From a candidate division WWE3 bacterium (GTDB lineage: Bacteria > Patescibacteriota > WWE3 > JAPLWK01): a stretch of 64,000 nucleotides of DNA. The notes beneath the pieces were generated by a model that ran no database searches, was not told where the DNA came from, and saw only the letters and a list, made by a program, of their open reading frames with translations. Location: the NCBI GenBank assembly GCA_026396615.1, contig JAPLWK010000010.1, positions 48,348-112,347 of the forward strand. The letters run 5' to 3'. Below, one piece after another: positions 10,034-20,208 of this stretch (its first letter is position 1; each line of letters opens with the position of its first letter). Made by a program: the position numbers and the translations under genes.

Positions 10034-11154
10034 GAATAATTTATGATTGGCCGCCGCCGTGGGATGGACTCGCTCCGGCCCCTTTTGCTTTTACTAAAGC
10101 TCAGTCAGCTTTGGGAAATGAAATCCATGTGATTTGTGGTGGTGGTTCGTTACTGTTTAAAAAGCGGGAAGCTGCGTCGCTCCCAGGTGTTAAAGTTACC
10201 CGTCTCCCCAGGACTTTACCACTAGTCGGTCCGTTTTTTACAACGGCGGTGCTGGTCCCTTTTGCCTATTTTTATCAGAAGCTAACCTGGAAACCGGAGG
10301 TAATTCATGGTCACGGTCACGTAAATCTTTGGCTGAATGTCTATAAATATTTCTTTGGTTGGTTAGACAAGACTCCGTATGTACTTCATTTTCACAATAC
10401 CGCTGCCGGTCGGGAACTAAACACTCACAAAAGTGTCCCGTTTTTTACGAGATACGTGGAGTGGCCACTTCATAAACTTTCTGATTGGCTGGGAACAAGG
10501 GTGGCCGATAAATTAGTTTTTGTCTCCAGCGAAACAGCCGAGGAGGCCAAGAATCTATATGGCGCGGATCCGGCGAAGGTTATCGTGTTAGAAAATGGTG
10601 TCGATTGCGAGTTATTTAATCCAAGTGGACAAAAAACTGCTGTCTTTCCCTCAGGGAAGACTTTACTTTATCAAGGATCCTTAAAGTCTCGAAAGAGAGT
10701 TGACGTTTTAATAAAATCTTTGGCGCTTCTTCCAAGTAATATTAATTTGGCGCTTATTGGCCCGGATACTGAACCAAACCTCCATCAAATTGTTGTTGAT
10801 TTAAAACTTGAAAAGCGCGTTAAATTTTTAGGGTACTTGCAGAATTCCGAAACTCCTCAGTATTTTCGGTCTTCAACTTTGTTTGTAATTCCTTCCAGCT
10901 ATGAGGGTTTTCCGAAAGTAGTCCTCGAGAGCCTAGCCTGTGGCCTTCCGGTTCTCGCTTCCGGATTTAAAGTTGAGCCACCAGTTGGAGGCATGAGCAT
11001 TAAAGAATTTAGTGACGAAGTCGCCTTGGCCGCGAGTATTGGCGAAACACTAATGAACTTACCAGCGGTCGACGTTACAGCCATAAAAACCAGATTTGAT
11101 TGGTCAGTTCTAGCAGCTCGTCTGCAGGTAATATATGAAAGCATGGCTCACTAA
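10021..11154 (+). CDS. Glycosyltransferase family 1 (GT4-like)
   Basis: YEGFPKVVLESLACGLPVLAS motif and a two-Rossmann-domain layout. Confidence 0.7.
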   Translation: MRILRIIYDWPPPWDGLAPAPFAFTKAQSALGNEIHVICGGGSLLFKKREAASLPGVKVTRLPRTLPLVGPFFTTAVLVPFAYFYQKLTWKPEVIHGHGHVNLWLNVYKYFFGWLDKTPYVLHFHNTAAGRELNTHKSVPFFTRYVEWPLHKLSDWLGTRVADKLVFVSSETAEEAKNLYGADPAKVIVLENGVDCELFNPSGQKTAVFPSGKTLLYQGSLKSRKRVDVLIKSLALLPSNINLALIGPDTEPNLHQIVVDLKLEKRVKFLGYLQNSETPQYFRSSTLFVIPSSYEGFPKVVLESLACGLPVLASGFKVEPPVGGMSIKEFSDEVALAASIGETLMNLPAVDVTAIKTRFDWSVLAARLQVIYESMAH

Positions 11155-12715
11155 TCTTTGGAAAAACTACAAAGTTTTGATTGTCTTTCTAGTAGTTTTG
11201 ACGATCTTTCGAATCGCAATAATAAATATTAATGTCACTGAATGGGGTGACTCTTTTAGAATTCTACGCGCCGCAAAATATTTACTTAATCTCACTTATC
11301 CGCTTGATGAAAAACGCTTACCATTTTTTTCACTGCTACTGTCACCCGGTATTCTAGTTCTTGAGCCTGTTTTGTGGGGTCGAATCTTTGCAATTGGCAT
11401 GACCATAGTTAATCTATTTCTAACAGCTATTCTTTTTAGAACTTTATTTCCAAAAGTTAAAAATTCCGTCATTACACTCGCCGTAGTTCTCCTGGCTATT
11501 AATCCGATCTTTTTTTATTGGAGCCTTCGAATTATGGCGGAGACGACTTTCGTTTCATTAGTTCTGCTGGCATTTATAGTTTATTTCAAAGGTATTCGGT
11601 CGAATCGTAGTTGGTGGCCGTATTTCCTTGGCTTAGTTCTCGCTTTAGGAGCGCTGACCCGTTACGAAGGGTTTTTACTGTCTGGATCTTTTGGCTTGGT
11701 CTTTCTACTAAAGCGGCAATGGTCAAATATATTTAAAACATTTAGTGTGTGGTTTGTTTTAGTCGCCCCTTGGTTCGTCTTGACAAAATTGATATTGCAC
11801 GGCGGAACGAGTAACGCGTATGTTTCTGAACTAGGAACGTTTAATTTTGATCTAAATCGCTTGGGTTACTTTATCACTTATACCCTGTTCTTTTTAGGTT
11901 ATCCAATTCTCTTAAGTCTAATCGTTCCAAGTATCATTAGTTGGCGTAAGCGTCTGGTGTCTGTCATTCATGCTGCGGCGACGAGCCCTTTGTGGATTTT
12001 TGTAGCGATCGAGGTCGCTCTCTTTTTCGTGTGGACGCCATCATTACCGCGAATCATGCTATCAGTAATTCCTGTTGCCTACATCTTTGCTACTAAAGCT
12101 TTGAGTGATATTGATTTTAGGACTAATCGAAAAATATTGATTTTGTCATCCTCACTTCTTTTAATAATGTTTGTAGTCTTGCAATTAAAATTCCGAATGT
12201 ATTTTTTAGTTTTGTCGAGGTTGGGTGAGGTCTTGATCATTGGGCTGTCGATTTTAGGAATAATTGCAATGTGGCGAAACTCTAAAAAACTATTTTTGAC
12301 AGGACTAATTTTATCATGTCTGATCGGGTCTTTTGTGGTCGTTGCAAACCAGAGACTTGTTTACTCTACAATATATGACGTGTCTTTAAAGGCTGCAGGG
12401 CTTCCGGGAAATATCGCTTTCTCAGATGAGACTGGTGTTTCAGCTTGGTATTTAGGCAACAAGGGTGTTTATTACAATCCGTCGACGCCAATGGACGTTA
12501 CCAAACAGACTGAGTGGCTTCACCAAAACAATATTGCCTATGTTATAAACACCAACGAGTTTAATCGGGGTGACGCACTAAACTTGTCAAAACTAGCATG
12601 TAGTCAGCGAGTTAATGTCACTATCGCCGATACTTTGGACATAATTACCCAGCGGCTTGGCTTGCTAAAAAATAAACAGTATCCTGTTTTGTATAGTGAC
12701 ATCTGCAAAGTGTAA
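11135..12715 (+). CDS. Polytopic membrane protein, GT-C-like; paralog of 1408..3015
   Basis: First-loop motif VTEWGDSF and shared TRYEGFL motif. More than 10 TM spans. Directly followed by a DPM1-like GT2. Confidence 0.5.
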   Translation: MKAWLTNLWKNYKVLIVFLVVLTIFRIAIININVTEWGDSFRILRAAKYLLNLTYPLDEKRLPFFSLLLSPGILVLEPVLWGRIFAIGMTIVNLFLTAILFRTLFPKVKNSVITLAVVLLAINPIFFYWSLRIMAETTFVSLVLLAFIVYFKGIRSNRSWWPYFLGLVLALGALTRYEGFLLSGSFGLVFLLKRQWSNIFKTFSVWFVLVAPWFVLTKLILHGGTSNAYVSELGTFNFDLNRLGYFITYTLFFLGYPILLSLIVPSIISWRKRLVSVIHAAATSPLWIFVAIEVALFFVWTPSLPRIMLSVIPVAYIFATKALSDIDFRTNRKILILSSSLLLIMFVVLQLKFRMYFLVLSRLGEVLIIGLSILGIIAMWRNSKKLFLTGLILSCLIGSFVVVANQRLVYSTIYDVSLKAAGLPGNIAFSDETGVSAWYLGNKGVYYNPSTPMDVTKQTEWLHQNNIAYVINTNEFNRGDALNLSKLACSQRVNVTIADTLDIITQRLGLLKNKQYPVLYSDICKV

Positions 12716-12717
12716 TT

Positions 12718-13422
12718 ATGAGTAAATTATCGATTTGTATTCCTGTTTATAACGAGCAGGCGACTATTAGAGAACTTTTAGACAAAGTCACCGCGGTGCC
12801 ACTTGATAAAGAAATTATTGTGGTCAACGATGGTAGCACCGACAGGACCCCACAGATTCTGGCTGAGTATGCAGATAATCATCATATTTCGGTATTTAAT
12901 AAATCAAATGGCGGGAAGGGAACGGCTTTAATCGAGGCTTTTAAACATGTAAGTGGGGACTATGTTGTAGTCCAAGACGCTGATCTCGAATATGATCCCT
13001 TTGATTTCGTAAAAATGCTTGCAACTGCGGAGTCTAAAAATGTCACAGTAGTTTACGGCAGTCGTTTCCTTGGAAAGCCTTTGACAATGTCAGTTCTAAA
13101 GAATTATTTAGCCAGCAAATTATTATCGTTTTTTGTGTGGCTTTTATACGGTCAGATGATCACTGATGAGTCGACGTGCTACAAACTTTTTAAAACAGAA
13201 GTTTTAAAACAGATTCCTTTGGAATGTAAGCGCTTCGAATTTTGTCCAGAAGTGACAGCGAAGGTTTTAAAAAGGGGCATCAAAATTATCGAAGTCCCAG
13301 TCTCTTTTAATCCACGGGATGCCAAAGACGGAAAAAAGATTAGCTACTTAAAAGATGGTTGGGAAGCGGTGGCGACGCTTTTTAAGTATTCTTCACAATT
13401 CAAATCCAGAGGTATCTCATAA
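12718..13422 (+). CDS. DPM1-like GT2 polyprenyl-phosphate glycosyltransferase (soluble form, no C-terminal TM)
   Basis: IPVYNE, VVNDGSTDRT, GKGTA and VVVQDADLEYDP motifs of the dolichyl/undecaprenyl-phosphate sugar synthase family (GtrB/ArnC/DPM1). Confidence 0.85.
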   Translation: MSKLSICIPVYNEQATIRELLDKVTAVPLDKEIIVVNDGSTDRTPQILAEYADNHHISVFNKSNGGKGTALIEAFKHVSGDYVVVQDADLEYDPFDFVKMLATAESKNVTVVYGSRFLGKPLTMSVLKNYLASKLLSFFVWLLYGQMITDESTCYKLFKTEVLKQIPLECKRFEFCPEVTAKVLKRGIKIIEVPVSFNPRDAKDGKKISYLKDGWEAVATLFKYSSQFKSRGIS

Positions 13423-15119
13423 ATTTTTATCAACGGACCGATTTTTGGTGATGAGACTTTAGGGTCAAATACTTTTACTAGTTTCCATTTAGATACTGAC
13501 GCAAAGTAATTAACCCAAGATTTATAGAAATCTGGATAATACTTTTCAGACTCTTGGCTGATTATCGCGGACGCTATAGAACTGTTAACGACTAAGTATC
13601 TCCGAGGGTACTCTAAAGTATCAGCTTGGCAAAACACTGTTTGCAGAATTGGAGCTAGAGATTTATTAAGCGGGGCATAAGTGCTTCCACAATGCGGATA
13701 CCCTATCTCTACGACATTGTTTAGTCCATATTTATAAAGAGGTGGTGAGGCGTAGCTGGTAGCATTAAAAATTAGATCATTCCCAGATAAGTTACCAACA
13801 ATCCAATTCGCTGCTTCCTCCCGCGTGTCGATCTGCTGACTGGCGTTTAGGAAAATGTATGTATTAATCCCGCTGGGAGCGATAAGTATAATTAATAAAC
13901 TACTGCAGCAAAAGATCCTTAGCACCCGTGATTTTTTAGCAGCTAATTTATAAATTTCTACTACTAGAGCAGCGATAACCGGGATCATTAGTGGCATAAA
14001 TGGCAGCAGGCGACGTAGTGCCATCGAATTAGTACCGCTGTAAAAAATTACTCCTAACACGAACGATAAACATAGTAATCTAATCTTTCGGTTTTTATAC
14101 AGCAGTCCCCAGATAGTTGCTGCAGCTAGCAGGATAGATCCCGGCCACCCCAAAGCCTCCTTAAATGAAGATGGGTTTAAAAGCGGCAAGGTTTCAATAC
14201 TAATGCCATTTCCAAAAAAGTATTGCCACGGTCCAAAGCCTCTAACATCGGAAACACAACCTGATCTCATCGTGTCGGAAATACCTTTAAGGGCCATAAT
14301 TGTTTTTTGAAAATAGATAATGGTGGCTGGTGATAAAATTACAAAAGTAAATCCTGTTAGTATTCCAATCAAAGCTATGTTTCGTATGGTAGTAGTGACA
14401 GTTGCTTCTTTACGAAAAATTAATGCCCCAAAAATAATTAGTAACGGTAACGCGAGAATGAGAGCTCCGGAATTCATGGCAAGCGCGATTCCAAAAGATA
14501 TTCCGACTAGAACAATATTTTTGATTGAGTTTTTTTCATAAAGTCTAAAAAAACAGTACATAAAAAATAAATTGAAAAGCGCGCTAACGTTGTAAGGGGA
14601 GATGGTATGGGCATAAAAAATTAAGTAGTAGCAGAAGACACTCAGTATCAAAGAAATCCAAGCTACGGTATTATCAAAATATTTTCGGCCGAATTTAAAT
14701 AAAACAATAGGTACTAATGCTGTGATTAGAGCGGTGAATACCCTTGCCAGATTAAAAAAATCCGGTCTTGTCCAGGTGTGGATATCGTTCAATAAACTTG
14801 GTAACAATTTATGGCCAATTTGCCATACTTCTTTAAAGATAGTAACTAAGACAAAAAGTAAATTCGTATATCCTTGGGGATGGCCGTAAAAATAATCGGT
14901 ATTAATAAAACTAAGAAAACCGCCAGCGCCAGTTAATTTTGATAAATTAAAAACCAGATTTAGTGATGGTCCAAAGAAATCAATCTCGTCCGGGTTTTCA
15001 AAATTGTCGAGTTTAGGAAGCCCATGAGAAATAAAAGCTATTCTCAGATAAATTCCTAAAGACACAAGACCAATAAAAATAACCGCCGATAATATTTTAA
15101 ATCTTTGTTCTTTAGACAT
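13344..15119 (-). CDS. ArnT/PMT-like GT-C membrane glycosyltransferase-like protein; paralog of 30948..32630
   Basis: Shared N-terminus: YLRIAFISHGLPKLDNFENPDEIDF here versus YLRHGLPDFEVDDEGKF in the paralog. Polytopic. Last gene of the minus-strand GT-C / DPM1 / GT-C operon. Confidence 0.55.
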   Translation of the reverse strand: MSKEQRFKILSAVIFIGLVSLGIYLRIAFISHGLPKLDNFENPDEIDFFGPSLNLVFNLSKLTGAGGFLSFINTDYFYGHPQGYTNLLFVLVTIFKEVWQIGHKLLPSLLNDIHTWTRPDFFNLARVFTALITALVPIVLFKFGRKYFDNTVAWISLILSVFCYYLIFYAHTISPYNVSALFNLFFMYCFFRLYEKNSIKNIVLVGISFGIALAMNSGALILALPLLIIFGALIFRKEATVTTTIRNIALIGILTGFTFVILSPATIIYFQKTIMALKGISDTMRSGCVSDVRGFGPWQYFFGNGISIETLPLLNPSSFKEALGWPGSILLAAATIWGLLYKNRKIRLLCLSFVLGVIFYSGTNSMALRRLLPFMPLMIPVIAALVVEIYKLAAKKSRVLRIFCCSSLLIILIAPSGINTYIFLNASQQIDTREEAANWIVGNLSGNDLIFNATSYASPPLYKYGLNNVVEIGYPHCGSTYAPLNKSLAPILQTVFCQADTLEYPRRYLVVNSSIASAIISQESEKYYPDFYKSWVNYFASVSKWKLVKVFDPKVSSPKIGPLIKIYEIPLDLNCEEYLKSVATASQPSFK

Positions 15120-15135
15120 ATTGATAGGGCTAAAT

Positions 15136-15822
15136 TTAACCTACAAATCTATATTTAATCAGTGTCCAGAGGGCTTCAACACCGTCCCACGCCTTAACTT
15201 TTTTGCCTTCTGAACTGTCTCTTGGGTGGTAACTAATAGGAACTTCAATTATTTTGTAGCCCCTCTTTAGAACTTTCGCGGTCACTTCCGGACAAAATTC
15301 GAAGCGATTACATTTTAGGTTTAGACTCTTTATAAGGTCAGATTTAAAAACTTTATACGCGGTGGCTTCATCCGTAATACGTGATCCGTAAAGAATATTA
15401 ACGGCGGTGGTTAATATTCGATTGGCAAGGATACTTCGAAATGGTAAATTCTCAACTTTATTCATGAAACGCGATCCGTACACCACATGTGTTTGGCCAG
15501 ATTCTATAGGGGCTAGGAGTTTGTAATATTCCTCTGGATCGAGTTCTAAGTCGGCGTCTTGAATAATAACTACATCTCCAGTTACTTGTGCAAGGCCGTA
15601 GCGGATGGCCGCGCCCTTTCCTTTAATTGGGGAGACGACAACTTTTAAAACGTTCCCTGTTAGGGTTGCTTGGTGCTTAAGGATTTCCAAAGTACTGTCT
15701 GTAGACCCGTTTTCAACGGCAATAATCTCTTTGGGTATTGGGACCATTCGCACTCGCTCGATAACTTCGCCAACGGTGCCTTCTTCGTTATACACAGGTA
15801 TTATCACCGATAATAATTTCAT
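15136..15822 (-). CDS. DPM1-like GT2 polyprenyl-phosphate glycosyltransferase (soluble form); variant with ENGSTD in place of DDGSxD
   Basis: [12 protein letters not shown] and [13 protein letters not shown] motifs. Close paralog of 12718 and 17468. Confidence 0.85.
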   Translation of the reverse strand: MKLLSVIIPVYNEEGTVGEVIERVRMVPIPKEIIAVENGSTDSTLEILKHQATLTGNVLKVVVSPIKGKGAAIRYGLAQVTGDVVIIQDADLELDPEEYYKLLAPIESGQTHVVYGSRFMNKVENLPFRSILANRILTTAVNILYGSRITDEATAYKVFKSDLIKSLNLKCNRFEFCPEVTAKVLKRGYKIIEVPISYHPRDSSEGKKVKAWDGVEALWTLIKYRFVG

Positions 15823-15824
15823 AG

Positions 15825-17363
15825 TTACGTATTCGTTGGGTAAGTATTTACACTAGTATCAATCAAATACAACTGATCGCATTTTATATTAAATAGCAGG
15901 CAATATTTTTCTTCACTCAGATGCAGGTGTGAATCGGTAAGCCATGAGCGAAAAGAGATAACGTACCGCGGGTTTTTTGGAAAATAGTCATAGCCAAGTC
16001 TTGTGTCTAAATCTTGTCCGATATGTTTTTCAGCCAAATTCCAGGCATCCCATTCATAACCACCGTCAATTTCGTTTATGTTTACTTTCTGTCGGAGCAA
16101 GTTTTGACCGAGTTGCCAGCGCGCTTCATTCCACTGTTTAAACTCATAAATCCAGATTAAATTCAATCCAACGAAAAACGCAATTACAAAGGCTGCGCAG
16201 ATTTTAGAAAAATTACTATTAAGAACGAAATATTTTCCGAAACTCAGGGTTAAAAGTGAGACCACTGGCAAATAGTACCTATCACAATGGACCATCATGA
16301 ATGGGAAAAAGGCGACCAGAATTAAGGCTACTATTTGCTCAAGATCAAGCCGCTTTTTAAAATTCGCCACAAATAAAGCGACTCCGATCACCGACAACGT
16401 TGTGGCAATAACTCCTAGCTGTAGTGGGTGTGGAAAAAGAAACATTTTGGTGCCGTCAATAGAATTAGGTGCGAAGCCATTAATTGTTAATAATGCTGGG
16501 GTATAAAACATTAACTTCCCAAATTTCAGCCAATAAACACCGGCAATAAAAACGGCGACAACTGCTCCAATTACGAATTTAAGAATAGATCTTTTGGTTG
16601 GCTTAAAAATGAGAATAGTAACGGGTGGTAGTAACAAACCTAAGTACATTAACGTTTGAGTCCAGCGATCGAGTGCCGTCAAAATGTTGAAAGAAAGATG
16701 ACTAGACTGCATTTGTTGGACAATTGTAGGTGGTTGCACGAAATGAAACCAAGCAAAATATGCGATGAGTCCTAGTCCTGCTGGGATTGTTATTGCAAGC
16801 ATTTTTGAGATTTTTAGAGTCTGCTCTTTTGTTCTTAGTAGGTAAAGATAGTAAATTAGGGCGGCGGCTGGGAGGGCTGCCCCGATTTGACGGACACAAA
16901 TTGAACAGGCGGCCACAATTGACCCCAGAATTAAGAAACGTAATTTATCACTTTTAAGACCATACTCGTAGAAAGCAATGCTAAGAATTAGAAGAACTGT
17001 GAAGAGTACGTCTGTTCCAAAAGAGTACGACAGAAAGAAAAATAAGGGGTTTAAAAATAGTATAAGTGGCAAGTAGGCAGAGTTTATTTTGTAATTAACA
17101 CGTAAGTGCCAATAAGCGACTACAACACCGATGATGGAAAATATCGCGACTAGAAAATGGATCTTAGGAATAGAGAACCCGACTATACTAGAGTAAATAA
17201 AACCAAGTATTGTTTGGAAGAAAGTACTGGCCCTGGCATATTCGGAAACTCTAAAATTACCACTTAAAAACTTCTGAACACTTTGAATGTAAACCCAGTC
17301 GTCGTCGACCGGAAACTTAAAAGTCGGCGGTACGACTAAATAGGCAAGTAGTACCACCCCCAA
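15825..17363 (-). CDS. Polytopic membrane protein, GT-C-like
   Basis: First loop carries VDDDWVY. More than 10 TM spans. Immediately upstream of a DPM1-like gene on the same strand. Confidence 0.5.
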   Translation of the reverse strand: MGVVLLAYLVVPPTFKFPVDDDWVYIQSVQKFLSGNFRVSEYARASTFFQTILGFIYSSIVGFSIPKIHFLVAIFSIIGVVVAYWHLRVNYKINSAYLPLILFLNPLFFFLSYSFGTDVLFTVLLILSIAFYEYGLKSDKLRFLILGSIVAACSICVRQIGAALPAAALIYYLYLLRTKEQTLKISKMLAITIPAGLGLIAYFAWFHFVQPPTIVQQMQSSHLSFNILTALDRWTQTLMYLGLLLPPVTILIFKPTKRSILKFVIGAVVAVFIAGVYWLKFGKLMFYTPALLTINGFAPNSIDGTKMFLFPHPLQLGVIATTLSVIGVALFVANFKKRLDLEQIVALILVAFFPFMMVHCDRYYLPVVSLLTLSFGKYFVLNSNFSKICAAFVIAFFVGLNLIWIYEFKQWNEARWQLGQNLLRQKVNINEIDGGYEWDAWNLAEKHIGQDLDTRLGYDYFPKNPRYVISFRSWLTDSHLHLSEEKYCLLFNIKCDQLYLIDTSVNTYPTNT

Positions 17364-17467
17364 AATAATTAGAAACTTCCTCAGTTTATGTTGTTTTACC
17401 CAATGACTTAAGCGAGTTATGGCTATTAGTTTACACTAAAGATGATGCGCTATGCTAGAATTAATCA

Positions 17468-18154
17468 ATGCTTTTATCGATCATAATCCCGGTTTATAAC
17501 GAGGTGGCGACTTTGGAAGAGTTGCTAAAGAGAGTTAAAGCTGTTGAAGGCATCGATAAAGAAATTATTTTGATTGATGACGGTAGTAAAGACGGCAGTC
17601 GGGAACTATTGGGAAAATTAAGTGAGGCCGATTTGTCATTGAAAGTTATTTTGCATGAGAAGAATCAAGGCAAGGGAGCGGCGCTGAAGACTGGATTTGT
17701 GGCAGCAACCGGGGATTACGTGATTGTTCAGGACGCTGACCTTGAGTACGATCCAGAAGATTATCATAAACTTCTAAAACCGATTAATGACGGTAAAGCC
17801 ACAGTGGTTTACGGAAGTCGGTTTACCGGGGAACACCGGAATATGAATTATAAGCATTGGCTGGGGAATAAATTTCTGACGTTTTTAACTAATGTTCTCT
17901 ACGACACCACGCTTTCGGATATGGAAACTTGCTATAAGGTCATTCCACGTGAATTACTGCAAAATATAAAACTTCGCGCTAATCGATTTGACTTTGAACC
18001 GGAGATAACTGCTAAAATACTCAAAACCGGGGTGCGGATATACGAGGTGCCGATATCTTACGCCGGTCGGGAAAGCAACGAAGGCAAGAAAATTAGCTGG
18101 AAAGATGGCCTCCCGGCTTTGTGGTCTTTAATTAAGTATCGATTTGTAGATTAA
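17468..18154 (+). CDS. DPM1-like GT2 polyprenyl-phosphate glycosyltransferase (soluble form)
   Basis: IPVYNE, LIDDGSKDGS, GKGAALK and VIVQDADLEYDPED motifs. First gene of the long plus-strand operon. Confidence 0.85.
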   Translation: MLLSIIIPVYNEVATLEELLKRVKAVEGIDKEIILIDDGSKDGSRELLGKLSEADLSLKVILHEKNQGKGAALKTGFVAATGDYVIVQDADLEYDPEDYHKLLKPINDGKATVVYGSRFTGEHRNMNYKHWLGNKFLTFLTNVLYDTTLSDMETCYKVIPRELLQNIKLRANRFDFEPEITAKILKTGVRIYEVPISYAGRESNEGKKISWKDGLPALWSLIKYRFVD

Positions 18155-18170
18155 TTATGCAAAAAGTTTT

Positions 18171-18766
18171 AGTACGGAAACTCTCCCGATGGTACCTCTA
18201 GAATAGTCGAAACTTTAAAGCAGACTAATTCCCGTTTAAATTTACTAGTAGAAACTAAAAAAGAAGGTTTGGGACGAGCTTACGGTAAGGGTTTTCGGTG
18301 GGGGCTCGATCGTGGCTACGATTTAATTATCGAAAGTGACGCCGACATGTCACACGACCCGAAGTACCTGTCGCAAATGTTAAAGTTGTCAAAATCGGCG
18401 GATCTCGTAATCGCCTCACGCTACGTCAAAGGCGGCGGAACTGAAGGCTGGGGACTGCTACGAAAATTAATTTCTTATGGTGCGAGTGTATATACGCGTG
18501 TCATCTCAGGATTGCTTGTTCACGATGTGACTGGAGGTTACAAATGCTTCCATCGCCAAGTTTTAGAAACAGTGCCTTTCGAAAAAGTTAGGGCTTTTGG
18601 TTATGGCTTTCAAATAGAGATGAATTATCGGGTTTGGAAAGCTGGCTTTAAAATTACAGAATTCCCGATTATTTTTCCGGATCGCCGTAAAGGGGTCTCC
18701 AAATTTAATAAGAAGATATTTGTGGAAGCTTTTTTACTAGTTTGGAAACTACGATTTGCACAATGA
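18171..18766 (+). pseudogene. 5'-truncated DPM1-like GT2 remnant; the first ~45 codons, including the PxYNE region, are missing
   Basis: The frame is open from the stop at 18170-72 and reads NSPDGTSRIVETLKQTNSRLNLLVETKKEGLGRAYGKGF...ESDADMSHDP, i.e. DPM1 from the DGS-DGT motif onward. The only available start is TTG at 18269. Only 114 nt separate it from the upstream intact paralog. Confidence 0.6.
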
Positions 18767-20208
18767 TTAATTATAATCGGCTTATCGTTTTAACTCTATT
18801 TTTTTCGGTAGTAATCGTTGGAATTCTGGGAGTAGTTCGCTATAACGACTTTAATTATTTAGGTTCTGTGCCCGCTTCGAATGCGCACTTCACTCTTAGC
18901 ATCATTCTTAAACGAGCCTTAAATCTTAATACTTATTACGGCGCCTCCGGGGTTGATTTAGCTAGAATCAACGGTGGTGACTATTTACCGGTTTACGCAC
19001 CAGGTTACAGTTTCGCGGCGGCTCTTCCGTACGGATTGCTTCAGATTTTTAATCATTTTTGGGTAAGATTTTTTAATCCGTTATCCGAATCAATATCGCT
19101 CTTTCTAGAAAGTACAGCCTTAGCTTTACCATCAATTTTATCTACAGCATTAATTTCAGTATTAATATATAAATTGTTACTTCACTTTAAAGTCTCAAAA
19201 ACAATCGCAGTCATTACCGCCTGGTCCTTCCCTTTTGCCACTTTTTTACTAGGGTACACCTCAACTACATATAACGGTCTGCTCGCGGCGAGCTTACTTC
19301 TGCTGGCTTTCTACTGGCTGGTGGTTCCGGAAAAATATAACTTGCGAATTCCACTCCTCGTAGGTTTACTTTTCGGAATGATCGCTAACACTGAATACGT
19401 AGTTGCCCTATGTTTTATACCTTCGCTTGTTTATTTCTATATTAAGACCCGTGATAAATATAAAACCGGCATTGTTGTGGCTGGTTTTATGGCGGGGATG
19501 TTGGCCTTAGGACTTTATAATAACGCCTTGTTTGGCAAGCCTTGGACTTTCGGTGAGCAATTTACAGGGACTGCTTTTAGAACTGGTGCAGATTTAACCA
19601 GCATTACTTTTTCAGGTAATTTATGGCAAAGTCTTTACGGAAATCTTTTATCACCAGCTAAAGGCCTAATTTTTCAAGCACCCCTTTCTCTACTGGCTGT
19701 ACCTGGATTAATTTACCTTTTTAAGCGTCGAAGATCGTCGGCCGTTCTGGTAATTTCCTATATTGCTATAGTAGCTTTAGTTTATGCTTTTTGGCATGAC
19801 TGGGGTGGTGGCTGGACTACTGGCCCTCGATTTTACACAGCAATTGTGGCCTTTTTAATTATTGCGGCAGGGTACTTTTTTTCAGAAATTAAACGCAAAA
19901 CATTAGTAGCCCCAGGCTTTTTTGGATTAATTTTATTCGGTGTTTTAGCTGGAGCCACCACACTACTTTTTGGTCCTCGCGATAAATTTTCCGCTAGTTA
20001 CGATGTTTCTAGATTACGCGTTATTCAAAGACTGGAGCACCTGTTTCCAAATCCGGTGTCGGTAAGTAGTTTAGCTCCATATATCCCCAAAACTTTTGGA
20101 GTATCTCTTTCGGCGTATCTAGTGTTGCTAACCACGTTAATACTGGGGTCATTAATTATTTTAATAGTTTTGTCTAGGCGAAACGTGGTTAGTACTTATG
20201 AAAAATAA
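18742..20208 (+). CDS. Polytopic membrane protein, GT-C-like candidate; tandem paralog A
   Basis: Roughly 45% identical over its full length to the next gene, including a shared loop motif GASGVD...PGYSF. 11-13 hydrophobic spans. Confidence 0.45.
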   Translation: METTICTMINYNRLIVLTLFFSVVIVGILGVVRYNDFNYLGSVPASNAHFTLSIILKRALNLNTYYGASGVDLARINGGDYLPVYAPGYSFAAALPYGLLQIFNHFWVRFFNPLSESISLFLESTALALPSILSTALISVLIYKLLLHFKVSKTIAVITAWSFPFATFLLGYTSTTYNGLLAASLLLLAFYWLVVPEKYNLRIPLLVGLLFGMIANTEYVVALCFIPSLVYFYIKTRDKYKTGIVVAGFMAGMLALGLYNNALFGKPWTFGEQFTGTAFRTGADLTSITFSGNLWQSLYGNLLSPAKGLIFQAPLSLLAVPGLIYLFKRRRSSAVLVISYIAIVALVYAFWHDWGGGWTTGPRFYTAIVAFLIIAAGYFFSEIKRKTLVAPGFFGLILFGVLAGATTLLFGPRDKFSASYDVSRLRVIQRLEHLFPNPVSVSSLAPYIPKTFGVSLSAYLVLLTTLILGSLIILIVLSRRNVVSTYEK

